The position numbers and the translations under genes are program-made. The notes under the pieces are model-generated. The model ran no database searches, was not told where the DNA came from, and saw only the letters and a program-made list of their open reading frames with translations. A DNA stretch of 64,000 nucleotides from an uncultured Gemmatimonadaceae bacterium (GTDB lineage: Bacteria; Gemmatimonadota; Gemmatimonadetes; Gemmatimonadales; Gemmatimonadaceae), in NCBI GenBank assembly GCA_963790305.1, contig CAWBOC010000009.1:768001-832000 (forward strand), read 5' to 3'. The first letter of the stretch is position 1. Every line of letters begins with the position of its first letter. Below, piece by piece: positions 50,253-59,640 of this stretch.

Positions 50253-52469
50253 GAATGCTTGTCCTATCGAGAAATGAAACGTCAGCTTCTGAAAGAAGGA
50301 ATCGTCCCGGCGCGGCGTGAAGGATGTCGGGCATCCCTCGCCGAATCCGTTCGGCAGCGTGTTCCCTGGGCTGACGCACCGGAGGCGGCTGGGGTTTCCG
50401 GTGATCTCATCACGGACGATCGTGTACGCCGAACCCCGCTGCTGCGCATATCTGTTGTACGCGAGATCGAACCGGATAGGTCCAACTGGTGATGCGATCC
50501 GGAGTCCCACCCCGGGCGTCCAGCGAAACTGGTCGAGCCGAACGGTTTCCGCACGCCGGTTGTAGACCTGCCCGCCGTCAACGAAAAGTGCGAATTGGAG
50601 CAGATCCCGAAGGAAGGGCGGCCGCATCCGCAATTCCGCGTTGACGATAGCCAGCGCGTTGCCACCGGTCGGTGAGGTGCGGATGACTCCAATGGTGTCG
50701 TCCGCCACAAAGATCGTGTCGCCGGACGGAAGAATCGAGTCCACTCGAGCCGCGTTGACGAGATACACGAGCGGCCCCAGCTCGTTCTGCCGATAGCCGC
50801 GAACGGAGTTCGGCCCGCCTCCGTACATCCGCTCCTGGGGGGGCACGAAGTCGTCAGCCCCCCGCAAGGTACCGAGGGCCAGCACTCCGCCGAGCTGGAG
50901 ACGGGAGGCGAAGGTGATCCCAGGGCTCAATCCCTTATACCAGTTCGCTTCACCCGTCCACTTGTTGAAGCGAAAATCCGACCCGATGAGCCGTGACGAG
51001 TGGCGCCATTCGAGGCGTACAATGTCGCCGCGTCGCGGGTCGTACAGATTGTCGGTCCGATCGCGCGAGAGACTCACGCGGCCGGTGGCGAGCCGCGTGT
51101 TCTGCGTGAGCTCGCTGATCGCCTGCAGCTCGCAGACGTTGAACACGGCGCAAAACACGGCGTCCGCCGCCTGTGTGCGCCCATACTCGAGTTGATAGGC
51201 AAGGGTGAGCGGCGTTCGCGGACGCGTCTCGCGCGTGACCGAGGCGACACCACCGATCGTCGTGCGGCGCAGATACGCGTCGAGCTCGGAGTAGCGCTCG
51301 CTGAAGAGCGTCAGCGTCGGCGCCAGCCGCAGTCCGAACAGCAGCGGCTGCCTCAGCGTCGCGCCGGCGTAGTAGTTCACCGTGTCGCTGAAGACGTCGT
51401 TCCGCACCTGCAATGCGCACAGCTGCTCCACGCCGTCGAGCGGGTAGCCCACGCCGATCTTCGAGAGTCGGCCATTCACTTCGAGACGACGGGCGCCGCC
51501 AATGAAATCCCGGTCGACGAAACGACCCTGCGCTCGAAAACAGTCCAGCGTCGCCCACCCCGCGCCGAGGCGGACCGAGTGCATCGCCGCCTCGCTCAGG
51601 AGCACGCGGACTGCAAGCAGCGAATCGCCGGGCGGCTGCAGGCTGTCGGGCGCGGGGCGGATCTCGACGTGCGCATACGTCTCGAGCTGATAGAGATCGC
51701 GTTGGCTGCGAAACAGATCCTGCTCGCGAAAGATCTCGCCGACCCGGAGCGAGATGAGCCGCCGCACCTCCGCTTCGGAAATCTCCTGGCGCTTTCCTTC
51801 GCGCGGCTGGATCTCGACGTCGATGCGCGCGATGCGCGTCACGCGACCGGGGAGGAACTGCAGCTCGACGTTCGCCCGGTTGCGCAGCGTGTCGACCACG
51901 TAGTTACGCAGCCGCTCCGCGCGGGCGAGGCCCTGGTCCCGGAGGCGGTCAATGACGGAGGCGACACGGCGCTCCAGGTCCAGCTGGTCGAATCGGCCCC
52001 CGCGCATCTGCTCCAGCGCGCGCGCGAAGCGTGGACCGTCGCGCACCGAATCCAGACCGCTCACGCTCATGGAATCGATGAGGACGGGAGGTCCTTCGCC
52101 GATGTCGAAGCGGATGTCGACGCGACCAGGCTCCTTCACCGCCACCAGTGTGTCGACGGTTGCCTTGTAGAAGCCGCGCTGCCGGTAGAAGAGGCGGAGC
52201 CGAAGGACATCGCGCTGGAACTCGACGCGATCCAGACAACGTTGCGCGCCGAAGAAGAGGCCGACCCGACGCCAGAAGCTCGACGGCGTCGTGGCGATCG
52301 CGGCCTCGAGCTCATCGTCGGGAAAGGTCTCGTTGCCGCGAAACTCGATATCGTCGACCCGAACATCACCAGGGTCGCATTCGAGATCCTGCGCGCCGGC
52401 CGCGGCCGGCACTACGAGGAGGAGCGCGACCGCTAGTGGCGCGACATGTCGTGTGACCCGACAGCTCAC
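50250..52469 (-). CDS. Omp85 (BamA/TamA) family outer membrane protein
   Basis: POTRA-like N-terminus; GGPNSVRGY, PVGPIRFD; terminal FHFSIGQAF beta-signal. Confidence 0.9.
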   Translation of the reverse strand: MSCRVTRHVAPLAVALLLVVPAAAGAQDLECDPGDVRVDDIEFRGNETFPDDELEAAIATTPSSFWRRVGLFFGAQRCLDRVEFQRDVLRLRLFYRQRGFYKATVDTLVAVKEPGRVDIRFDIGEGPPVLIDSMSVSGLDSVRDGPRFARALEQMRGGRFDQLDLERRVASVIDRLRDQGLARAERLRNYVVDTLRNRANVELQFLPGRVTRIARIDVEIQPREGKRQEISEAEVRRLISLRVGEIFREQDLFRSQRDLYQLETYAHVEIRPAPDSLQPPGDSLLAVRVLLSEAAMHSVRLGAGWATLDCFRAQGRFVDRDFIGGARRLEVNGRLSKIGVGYPLDGVEQLCALQVRNDVFSDTVNYYAGATLRQPLLFGLRLAPTLTLFSERYSELDAYLRRTTIGGVASVTRETRPRTPLTLAYQLEYGRTQAADAVFCAVFNVCELQAISELTQNTRLATGRVSLSRDRTDNLYDPRRGDIVRLEWRHSSRLIGSDFRFNKWTGEANWYKGLSPGITFASRLQLGGVLALGTLRGADDFVPPQERMYGGGPNSVRGYRQNELGPLVYLVNAARVDSILPSGDTIFVADDTIGVIRTSPTGGNALAIVNAELRMRPPFLRDLLQFALFVDGGQVYNRRAETVRLDQFRWTPGVGLRIASPVGPIRFDLAYNRYAQQRGSAYTIVRDEITGNPSRLRCVSPGNTLPNGFGEGCPTSFTPRRDDSFFQKLTFHFSIGQAF

Positions 52470-52717
52470 CGGGGCGCGGACGTCCCAGGCCGTTTTTGGG
52501 GAGTGCGCCTCACGATGGCGCCGCGCTCGTCGATCTCCGGAATGCTCGTCTCGCGCGCGATGGGCGCGCGCTGGAGCATCATCCGCGCGAGGTAGAAGGC
52601 CGCGAGCCCTGCCCCGACGGCGAGTCCCGCCGCCGTGAGCGTCTCGCGCGCGTCGAGCTGCCGGCGGATGTAATAGACGGCGGGGGGAAGAAGACGAGAG
52701 CCGGTGTCGGGCTTCAT
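52466..52717 (-). CDS. Small hypothetical membrane protein
   Basis: 83 aa with one TM segment; coupled to the Omp85 start. Confidence 0.6.
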   Translation of the reverse strand: MKPDTGSRLLPPAVYYIRRQLDARETLTAAGLAVGAGLAAFYLARMMLQRAPIARETSIPEIDERGAIVRRTPQKRPGTSAPR

Positions 52718-52746
52718 GGTCGCGGGTTAGGGAGAAAAGATTGCGG

Positions 52747-52870
52747 ACGCGAATGCGGAATTCGGAATGCGGATTCTTATGATTGACCTACGGGTATCGA
52801 CAGTTCATCACAACTATCCGCATTCCGCATTCCGCATTCGAGTTCCGCATTCGAGTTCCGCATTCGAGTC
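52747..52870. repeat. Inverted tandem-repeat element, 7-mer family 5 (GAATGCG)
   Basis: gcgaatgcggaattcggaatgcggat...atccgcattccgcattccgcattcg plus repeated ttccgcattcgag units. Confidence 0.9.
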
Positions 52871-53791
52871 CTACACCGTATGCACGAGAATCGTCCCCGG
52901 TCCTCTCTGCTTCGCCCGTCGCTTGACGTCCGCGGCGAGCGAGCCGATCTGGCCAATGGACGTGAAACGGTCGGGCTGCACCAGAAGAATCGCAACCGAG
53001 AGACGAGCGATCGGAAATTCGCGCGCGCGGCCGTCGCGGTCGATCCCCATGAAGTGGCCTCGACGCACAGCCTCCTCGCCCACCGCATGGGCCGCCACCT
53101 CGACGAACCGGCTCGCCGTCTCCCGTCCGATCGCCTCGGCGCGCTCCGCTACCGTCACGACAATGAAGTCGTCACCACCGATATGACCGACGAAGTCGCG
53201 CGGCGTGCCCACCGCCTGCACTGCGGCACGCACCGCGGCGCCCATCTCGCGAATCACGGTATCCGCCGCCGTGAAGCCGAACGTGTCGGCGAACGGCTTG
53301 AAGTTGTCGAGATCAATGTAGCACACCGCAAACGCTTCATTCTGCTGCGCGCGCCGCGTGATCTCTTCCTCGATCGCCGTACCACCGGGTAGCCCACTCG
53401 TGGGGTTGCGATCCCCTTCGCGCCGCACGATGCGCAGCAGTGCGACGACACGCGCGCGAAGCTCACGCGGATCGAACGGCTTGGCCAGATAGTCGTCGGC
53501 GCCCGCCTCGAAGCCGGCGACCTTGTGGTCGACGTCTCCCTGCGCGGTCAACATGAGAACCGGAATTCGAGCGGTGAACGGGTTACGCTTGACGGCACGG
53601 CAGACCTCGAAGCCCGACATCCCGGGCATCACGAGATCGAGCACGAGCAGGTCCGGCTCCCGCTGCTGAATGGATGCGAGAGCCGTCACGCCATCGGCGG
53701 CGAGCGCCACCTCGTGTCCCGCTGACTCGAGGATGTCGCGCACCACGAGGCGCATGTCCTCGTTATCGTCCACGAACAGCAGGTAACTCAC
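52871..53791 (-). CDS. Response regulator with GGDEF-like domain (GGDDF)
   Basis: REC (FVDDN, DLVMP, KPF), then YIDLDNFKPF and HIGGDDF. Confidence 0.88.
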   Translation of the reverse strand: MSYLLFVDDNEDMRLVVRDILESAGHEVALAADGVTALASIQQREPDLLVLDLVMPGMSGFEVCRAVKRNPFTARIPVLMLTAQGDVDHKVAGFEAGADDYLAKPFDPRELRARVVALLRIVRREGDRNPTSGLPGGTAIEEEITRRAQQNEAFAVCYIDLDNFKPFADTFGFTAADTVIREMGAAVRAAVQAVGTPRDFVGHIGGDDFIVVTVAERAEAIGRETASRFVEVAAHAVGEEAVRRGHFMGIDRDGRAREFPIARLSVAILLVQPDRFTSIGQIGSLAADVKRRAKQRGPGTILVHTV

Positions 53792-53886
53792 GATTGACGC
53801 TGCGCTTAGGGCGCGATAAGGTTCACCGGCGCGGACGCCCGTGTCAACGGTACGCGATCGTGCATCCCCCGATAACGATCCGACCC

Positions 53887-55437
53887 ATGCGCCGACTGCT
53901 CTCCGCGCTCGTTCTCTTCATCGTCATCGCCTGCCGGGGCGGCGAATCCGCACCGCAACGCCGGACGCTGATCGATTCCCGGGATACCTACGACCCGAGA
54001 ACGCTCGATCCCGCGCTCGCCACCAATGTGCCGAGCGGACGCGCCGTCGCATATGTCTTCGATGGGCTGACGCGGTTCACCCCCGACGCGCGCCTCGAGC
54101 CGGCGCTCGCCGAGCAATGGGACGTGTCGCCCGACGGGAAAGTATACACGTTCCATCTGCGCCGCGGCGTGCGCTTTCACGACGGAACGCCATTCCTCGC
54201 GCGGCATGTGGTGAAGAGCTTCCATCGCGTTCTCGATCCCACCACCAAGAGCACGGGGCCCTGGGTGCTCTACCCCATCGACGGTGCGCGCGAGTTCGCC
54301 GATCGCCGGAACCCGTCAATTCGCGGGATAGTTGCTCCCAATGACTCGACCGTCCGCATCACGCTCGCCCAGCCGCTGGCGATCTTCCTCAAGCTGATGG
54401 CGATGCCGGTGGCCTCGATCGTTCCCGATTCGGTCGGGGCGGACTTCCGCGAGAACCCGGTCGGCACGGGACCGTGGAAGTTCGTCGAGTGGCGGCACGA
54501 CGACTACCTGCTGTTCGCGAAGAATCCGGACTACTTCGACGGAGCGCCGAGGACCGACTCTCTCCGCGCCCGCATCATTCGCGAGCCGAGCACGGCGGTC
54601 GCCGAGTTCGAGGTCGGCAATGTCGACCTGCTCTACGTTCCCGAGGCGGAGACGCGCCGATGGGAGCAGACCGACGAGCGAAACGCCACGCTCGCCGCCG
54701 CGCCGGCGCTGCGCCTCTGGTACGTGGGCATCAACACGACGCGCGGACCGCTGCGCGACGTGCGCGTGCGCCAGGCGATCAATCACGCGATCGACGTCGG
54801 CGTCATCCTCGACCGGTTGGTCGGCGGACGGGGGCGCCGTGCCGCCGGCGTCATCCCCCCGGTGCTCGACGGCGCGGACACGACGCGGGTTCCCTACGCA
54901 CATGACATCGGCCGCGCAAAGCAATTGCTGACTCAGGCCGGCTTCCCGAACGGCATCGACATTGACCTCTGGCATTCGGACAACGAGAGCTTCTCGCGCG
55001 TCGCCCAATCGATCCAGAGCTATCTCGCCGAGGCCGACATTCGCGCGCGGCTCGTGCAGCGCGAGGCGGCGGCGATGCGTGCCGCGGCACGCAATGGCGA
55101 GACCGACATGGTCCTGAAGGACTGGTACGCCGACTACCCCGACGCCGAGAATTTCTTGTATCCGCTGCTCCACACCGCGAATCGCGGTCTCGGCGGAAAC
55201 GTGTCCTTCTATTCCAATCCCGAGTTCGACCGTCTGGTGGACCAGTCGCGCGTGGAGCTCGACAGCGCGCGGCGCGTGGAGCTCTATCGACGCGCCGACT
55301 CCATCGCGTTCGCCGACGCGCCAATGGCGTTTCTCTTTTTCTATAACGAGCTGTATGCGGTGCAGCCCTGGGTTAGAGGCTTCCAGGTTCCCGTCATCTT
55401 CAACGGGCAGCGGTGGGTTCTGGCGGAGCTTCGGTGA
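53887..55437 (+). CDS. Peptide ABC transporter substrate-binding lipoprotein (DppA-like)
   Basis: IAC lipobox; PALAEQW, YTFHLR.GVRFHDG, PVGTGPW. Confidence 0.9.
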   Translation: MRRLLSALVLFIVIACRGGESAPQRRTLIDSRDTYDPRTLDPALATNVPSGRAVAYVFDGLTRFTPDARLEPALAEQWDVSPDGKVYTFHLRRGVRFHDGTPFLARHVVKSFHRVLDPTTKSTGPWVLYPIDGAREFADRRNPSIRGIVAPNDSTVRITLAQPLAIFLKLMAMPVASIVPDSVGADFRENPVGTGPWKFVEWRHDDYLLFAKNPDYFDGAPRTDSLRARIIREPSTAVAEFEVGNVDLLYVPEAETRRWEQTDERNATLAAAPALRLWYVGINTTRGPLRDVRVRQAINHAIDVGVILDRLVGGRGRRAAGVIPPVLDGADTTRVPYAHDIGRAKQLLTQAGFPNGIDIDLWHSDNESFSRVAQSIQSYLAEADIRARLVQREAAAMRAAARNGETDMVLKDWYADYPDAENFLYPLLHTANRGLGGNVSFYSNPEFDRLVDQSRVELDSARRVELYRRADSIAFADAPMAFLFFYNELYAVQPWVRGFQVPVIFNGQRWVLAELR

Positions 55438-55440
55438 ACG

Positions 55441-55565
55441 AGGGGTCAGGAGTCAGGAATCAGCGGTCAGGGGGTGTCAGGGTGAAGGTTCGAGGAGAGA
55501 GCTCGCGCGATTCACAACCTCTTCCCTGACACCCCCTGATCGCTGACTCCTGACTCCTGACCCCT
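55441..55565. repeat. Inverted tandem-repeat element, family 4
   Basis: aggggtcaggagtcaggaatcagcggtcagggggtgtcaggg...ccctgacaccccctgatcgctgactcctgactcctgacccct. Confidence 0.93.
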
Positions 55566-55567
55566 AG

Positions 55568-56489
55568 ATGCTCTCCTTCGTCGCTCGCCGGCTCCTCCTC
55601 GCGATTCCCACGCTGTTCGGCGTTCTCGTCGTCGTCTTCCTGCTCCTGTACATCGCGCCGGGTGATCCGGTGATGGGAGATGGTCGGCGAGCGCGCGGAC
55701 GCCGAGACCATCGCGCGGCTGCGCGCGGAGCTGCGGCTCGACGATCCCGTTCCGGTGCAGTTCGCGCACTACGCCGGAGGAGTGCTCAAGGGCGACCTCG
55801 GAACATCCTACATCACCGGGCGGCCGATCGCGCGCGACATCCTCGAGCGGTTCCCCAAGACGTTGCAGCTTGCCACCGCCGCGATGCTGCTCGCCGCATC
55901 GCTCGGCATCACCATCGGCGTACTCAGCGCGCGACGGCCGGGCAGCACGTTCGACCGCCTGGCAATGGGCGGTGCCTACCTCGGCATTTCGTTCCCGGTC
56001 TACTGGGTGGGGTTGATCCTCATCCTCGTGTTCGCGGTGTCGCTGCGCTGGCTTCCGCCGTCCGGGTTTGGACGCATCGAGTATCTCGTCCTTCCCGCGC
56101 TTGCGTTAGGCACGCGGTCGATCGCCTTTCTCGCCCGCATGACGCGGTCGGCGATGCTGGAGGTGCTGGGCAGCGACTTCATTCGAACCGCGCGCGCCAA
56201 GGGGTTGCGCGAGCGGGTCGTGCTGGGGCGCCACGCGCTCCGCAATGCGCTCATCCCCATCATCACGGTGCTCGGCCTCGACTTCGGCTACTACCTCACC
56301 GGGAGCATCCTGACCGAGACGATCTTCTCGTGGCCCGGGATCGGTCGCTATGTAGTCAACGCCATCGCGCGCCGCGATCTCCCCGCGATTCAGGGCAGCG
56401 TCCTCTTCTTGAGCGTCGTCTTCGTGCTCGTCAACCTCGTCACCGATCTGCTCTACGCGAAGGCGGATCCACGGGTGCGGTACGACTGA
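55568..56489 (+). CDS. Peptide ABC transporter permease (DppB-like), frameshift near 55676
   Basis: RRLLLAIPTL...PGDPV, then next frame GDLGTS, IRTARAKGL, HALRNAL, ETIFSWPG, DPRV. Confidence 0.88.
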
Positions 56490-56493
56490 ATTT

Positions 56494-56620
56494 GGGGTCA
56501 GGAGTCAGGAGTCAGGGGTCAGGGGTGTCAGGGTTGGGGTGTCAGCAGAAGTACACGCAGTTCTCTCCTGCAACCCATACCCTGACACCCCCTGACCCCT
56601 GACTCCTGACCCCTGACCCC
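56494..56620. repeat. Inverted tandem-repeat element, family 4
   Basis: ggggtcaggagtcaggagtcaggggtcaggggtgtcaggg...ccctgacaccccctgacccctgactcctgacccctgacccc. Confidence 0.93.
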
Positions 56621-56624
56621 GAGT

Positions 56625-57650
56625 TCAGACGCCGGCCTCTTCCTTTACGCCGAAGACGGCCATGTGTGACGAGTGGCCCGGATTCACCTTCTTGTCCGGG
56701 TAGATCCAGTGCACGGCCTGGTTCACGGCGATTGCCGCTTCCGAGTAGCCGGTCGCAATCAGCTTCAGCTTCCCGGGATACGTCGTGATGTCACCCGCCG
56801 CCCAGATTCCCTGGCGGCCAGTCTCCATCGCGCTATTCACGACGATCTCGTCCTTCTCGAGACTGAGCCCCCACTCCGCCATCGTGCCGAGGTCGCTCAC
56901 GAAGCCGAGCATCGGCAGAATCGCATCGCAGTCGATCGCGACGGTGGTCTTGGCCTTGATGTCCTTGAGCACCACACCGGAGAGATTCTCGCCATTGCCG
57001 GTGATGTCCTGCAGCTCGTGGAAGGTGAGCATCCGCGCCCGCCCCTCTGCGGACGCCGCGCGAATCTCTTCGACGGTTGCCGCATGCGCGCGAAAGCGGT
57101 CGCTGCGGTGCGCGAGCGTGACTGACGAGGCGCGATCGAGCAGCTGATGCGCCCAGTCGAACGCCGAGTCACCGCCGCCGATGATGAGCACCTGCTTGCC
57201 ACGGAACCGCTCGGGATCGAGCACCCGATCGTGAATGCCCTTGCCGTACCAGGGCTCGGCGCACGGCTGCGGAAGCCGGCGCGGCGAGAACGCCCCGATG
57301 CCGGCGGCGATCACGATGGCCTTCGTCGGAAACCGGTCCGTTTCGGTGACCAGCGTGAAGGTCCCGCCGTCCTCCTCGAGGGAGACGACGCGCTGATCGA
57401 AATGCATGGGTGCGCCGAACTGCTTTGCCTGCTCGAGCTGCCCCGCCACGAGGTCCTTCGCCAGCACCCGAGGAAACCCCGCGACGTCAAAGATGTACTT
57501 CTCTGGGTAGAGGGCGGTCAGCTGACCCCCGGGTTCGGACAGCGCGTCGATGACCTGCGCGGAGACTCCGCGCATGCCTGCGTAGAAAAGGGCGAACAGT
57601 CCCGTGGGGCCGGCGCCCAAAATGGTGATGTCTTTAGGGTCGTGCTGCAT
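56625..57650 (-). CDS. TrxR-type ferredoxin--NADP+ reductase (YumC-like)
   Basis: GAGPTG, GGQLTALYPEKYIFDV, GGGDSA, YPGKLKLIATG, C-terminal HSS; no CxxC. Confidence 0.88.
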   Translation of the reverse strand: MQHDPKDITILGAGPTGLFALFYAGMRGVSAQVIDALSEPGGQLTALYPEKYIFDVAGFPRVLAKDLVAGQLEQAKQFGAPMHFDQRVVSLEEDGGTFTLVTETDRFPTKAIVIAAGIGAFSPRRLPQPCAEPWYGKGIHDRVLDPERFRGKQVLIIGGGDSAFDWAHQLLDRASSVTLAHRSDRFRAHAATVEEIRAASAEGRARMLTFHELQDITGNGENLSGVVLKDIKAKTTVAIDCDAILPMLGFVSDLGTMAEWGLSLEKDEIVVNSAMETGRQGIWAAGDITTYPGKLKLIATGYSEAAIAVNQAVHWIYPDKKVNPGHSSHMAVFGVKEEAGV

Positions 57651-57671
57651 GCGATAAAAGTTAACACCCGA

Positions 57672-57778
57672 AGACGTCAGGTGTCAGACGTCAGGGGATC
57701 AGTAGCCAGGGAAGCGCGACGTAGTTGTCAGTTCTGAATTCTGAAATCTGTATTCTGAACTCTGTCATCTTTGCCGTT
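57672..57778. repeat. Asymmetric repeat element: family 2 right arm with a divergent GTCAG left arm
   Basis: ttctgaattctgaaatctgtattctgaactctgtcatctttgccgtt matches the family 2 right arm; left side is gacgtcaggtgtcagacgtcagg. Confidence 0.75.
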
Positions 57779-57779
57779 C

Positions 57780-58841
57780 ATGCAAACCACGGGCGAAGAC
57801 CACATTCTCGACTATGCCGGCGCCTTCCGCCTCCTTCGCAAGGTCGCGGACGGCGGCATGGCGACCGTCTATGAGGCCGAGCAGCTGGGCCCGGCTGGAT
57901 TCGCCAAGCGGGTCGCGCTCAAGGTCATTCATCCGCAGTACGCGTCAGAGCGCCACTGGCTCCAGCTCTTCATCGACGAGGCCAAGCTCTCCGCCAACCT
58001 CGCGCACGGCAACATCGTGCAGATCTACCAGCTCGGCGAAGTCGATGGGCAGTACTACATGGCGATGGAGTACATCCAGGGGCCGACGCTGCGCTCGATC
58101 ATCGATCGGCACGCCGAGCTGCGGCAATCAATGCCGCTTCCGATCGCCGCCTACATCGCGTCGCGCGTGTGTCGTGCGCTCGACTACGCGCACAACTTCG
58201 TCGCACCCGGTGGCCAACGGCTGGACGTCGTGCACCGCGATGTCTCTCCCGGAAACATCATGGCGTCGTGGGACGGACACATTAAGCTGGCCGACTTCGG
58301 CATCGCCAAGGCGCGGACCTCGTTCGATCCCGCCGCCGAGCGGCACATTCTCATGGGGAAGAAGCACTACATGTCCCCGGAGCAGGCGCTCGCTCTCGCC
58401 GTCGACGCACGCTCCGACGTCTTCACGTTAGGCGTCGTGCTCTACGAGATGCTCACCCTCGAGCCGTTGTTCAAGGAGGACATCACGGACCTCCTCCTCG
58501 ACGAGGTGACGGTGCATCCGCTCCCGAGCGTCCGGGCGCGCGTGCCGCAGCTGCCCGGTGAGATCGAGGACGTGCTGACGCGTGCGCTCTCGCGCGACCC
58601 CAACCGCCGGCCCACCGCCGCGGCGATGGGCCACGCGCTCGACCGATGGATCGAGCGCCAGCGTCCGGTCGCGACACCCGATCGATTGCAGGAGCACCTG
58701 GCGACGATCTTCCCCACCTCCCAGAAGCGAATCTCGGGATCCTCGAGCAAGGCGGAGACGCCGACGAAGTTCTCGAACTTCAAGCGCGGGTTGAGGCGGC
58801 CGAGGAAGCCCGGGTTGCTCTCGAGGCTGTTCGGGCTGTGA
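57780..58841 (+). CDS. Hanks-type Ser/Thr protein kinase, cytoplasmic
   Basis: GGMATV, VALK, HRDVSPGN, DFG, YMSPE, SDVF. Confidence 0.92.
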   Translation: MQTTGEDHILDYAGAFRLLRKVADGGMATVYEAEQLGPAGFAKRVALKVIHPQYASERHWLQLFIDEAKLSANLAHGNIVQIYQLGEVDGQYYMAMEYIQGPTLRSIIDRHAELRQSMPLPIAAYIASRVCRALDYAHNFVAPGGQRLDVVHRDVSPGNIMASWDGHIKLADFGIAKARTSFDPAAERHILMGKKHYMSPEQALALAVDARSDVFTLGVVLYEMLTLEPLFKEDITDLLLDEVTVHPLPSVRARVPQLPGEIEDVLTRALSRDPNRRPTAAAMGHALDRWIERQRPVATPDRLQEHLATIFPTSQKRISGSSSKAETPTKFSNFKRGLRRPRKPGLLSRLFGL

Positions 58842-58845
58842 GGGC

Positions 58846-58930
58846 AGGTCGTCGAGGATGTCGAGGATGTCCATGTGATCGAGGCGCCTTCACCTTGATC
58901 ACCTCGATCACCTAGACGACCTCGACAACC
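58846..58930. repeat. Inverted tandem-repeat element, family 1
   Basis: gtcgtcgaggatgtcgaggatgtc...gatcacctcgatcacctagacgacctcgacaacc; core is the reverse complement of the 18208 core. Confidence 0.87.
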
Positions 58931-58979
58931 CGCGAGCGCCACTCTTCACGCGCGTCCCCGCCCGCGTTAACGTGCCCGC

Positions 58980-59525
58980 ATGAAGATCTACACCAAGACG
59001 GGCGACAAGGGCGACACCGGGCTGTTCGGCGGTGGGCGGGTTCCGAAGAATCATCCGCGCGTCGAGGCCTACGGCGACATCGATGAGCTCAACGCCATCC
59101 TCGGGATGGTGCGGTCGGTCGAGATGATGCCCCGCATCGATGAAGTCCTGGTGCCGGTTCAGCGCGATCTCTTCTCGCTTGGCGCACTGCTCGCCACGCC
59201 GCACCCGGAGAAGGTCAAGCAGCAGCTCGAGAAAGCGCGCATCGATGACGCGCGCATCGCCGAGCTCGAGCGCGCGATCGACGAGGGCGAAGCGGAGCTC
59301 GAGCCACTCGAGGCATTCATCCTCCCGGGGGGAACGCCCAAGGCGTCGGCGCTGCACGTCGCGCGCACGGTGTGCCGCCGCGCCGAGCGCCGCGTCATCG
59401 CCCTCGGCGCCGAGGTCGAGGTCCCGCAGATCGTCGTCATGTACCTCAATCGTCTCTCCGATCTTTTGTTCGTGCTCTCGCGTGTCGCGAACCGGCGGGC
59501 GGGCGCGGGGGAAGTCACGTGGTAA
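58980..59525 (+). CDS. PduO-type ATP:cob(I)alamin adenosyltransferase
   Basis: MKIYTKTGDKGDT, RTVCRRAER, YLNRLSD. Confidence 0.93.
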   Translation: MKIYTKTGDKGDTGLFGGGRVPKNHPRVEAYGDIDELNAILGMVRSVEMMPRIDEVLVPVQRDLFSLGALLATPHPEKVKQQLEKARIDDARIAELERAIDEGEAELEPLEAFILPGGTPKASALHVARTVCRRAERRVIALGAEVEVPQIVVMYLNRLSDLLFVLSRVANRRAGAGEVTW

Positions 59526-59526
59526 G

Positions 59527-59632
59527 GCGAATGCGGATTGCGGAATGCGGATTCGATGCATGCCAAGATGATTCCAACGTGTCGCGAGGCATCCCGACGT
59601 CCCAGAATCCGCATTCCGCAGTCCGCATTCGT
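59527..59632. repeat. Inverted tandem-repeat element, family 5
   Basis: cgaatgcggattgcggaatgcggattc...gaatccgcattccgcagtccgcattcg. Confidence 0.92.
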
Positions 59633-59640
59633 CCCTGACC

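Noticed and set aside
40848..52436. Long antisense ORFs (e.g. 40848-42605, 45453-47354, 51000-52436)
   Set aside because: These are shadow ORFs expected opposite GC-rich genes and have no recognisable motifs.
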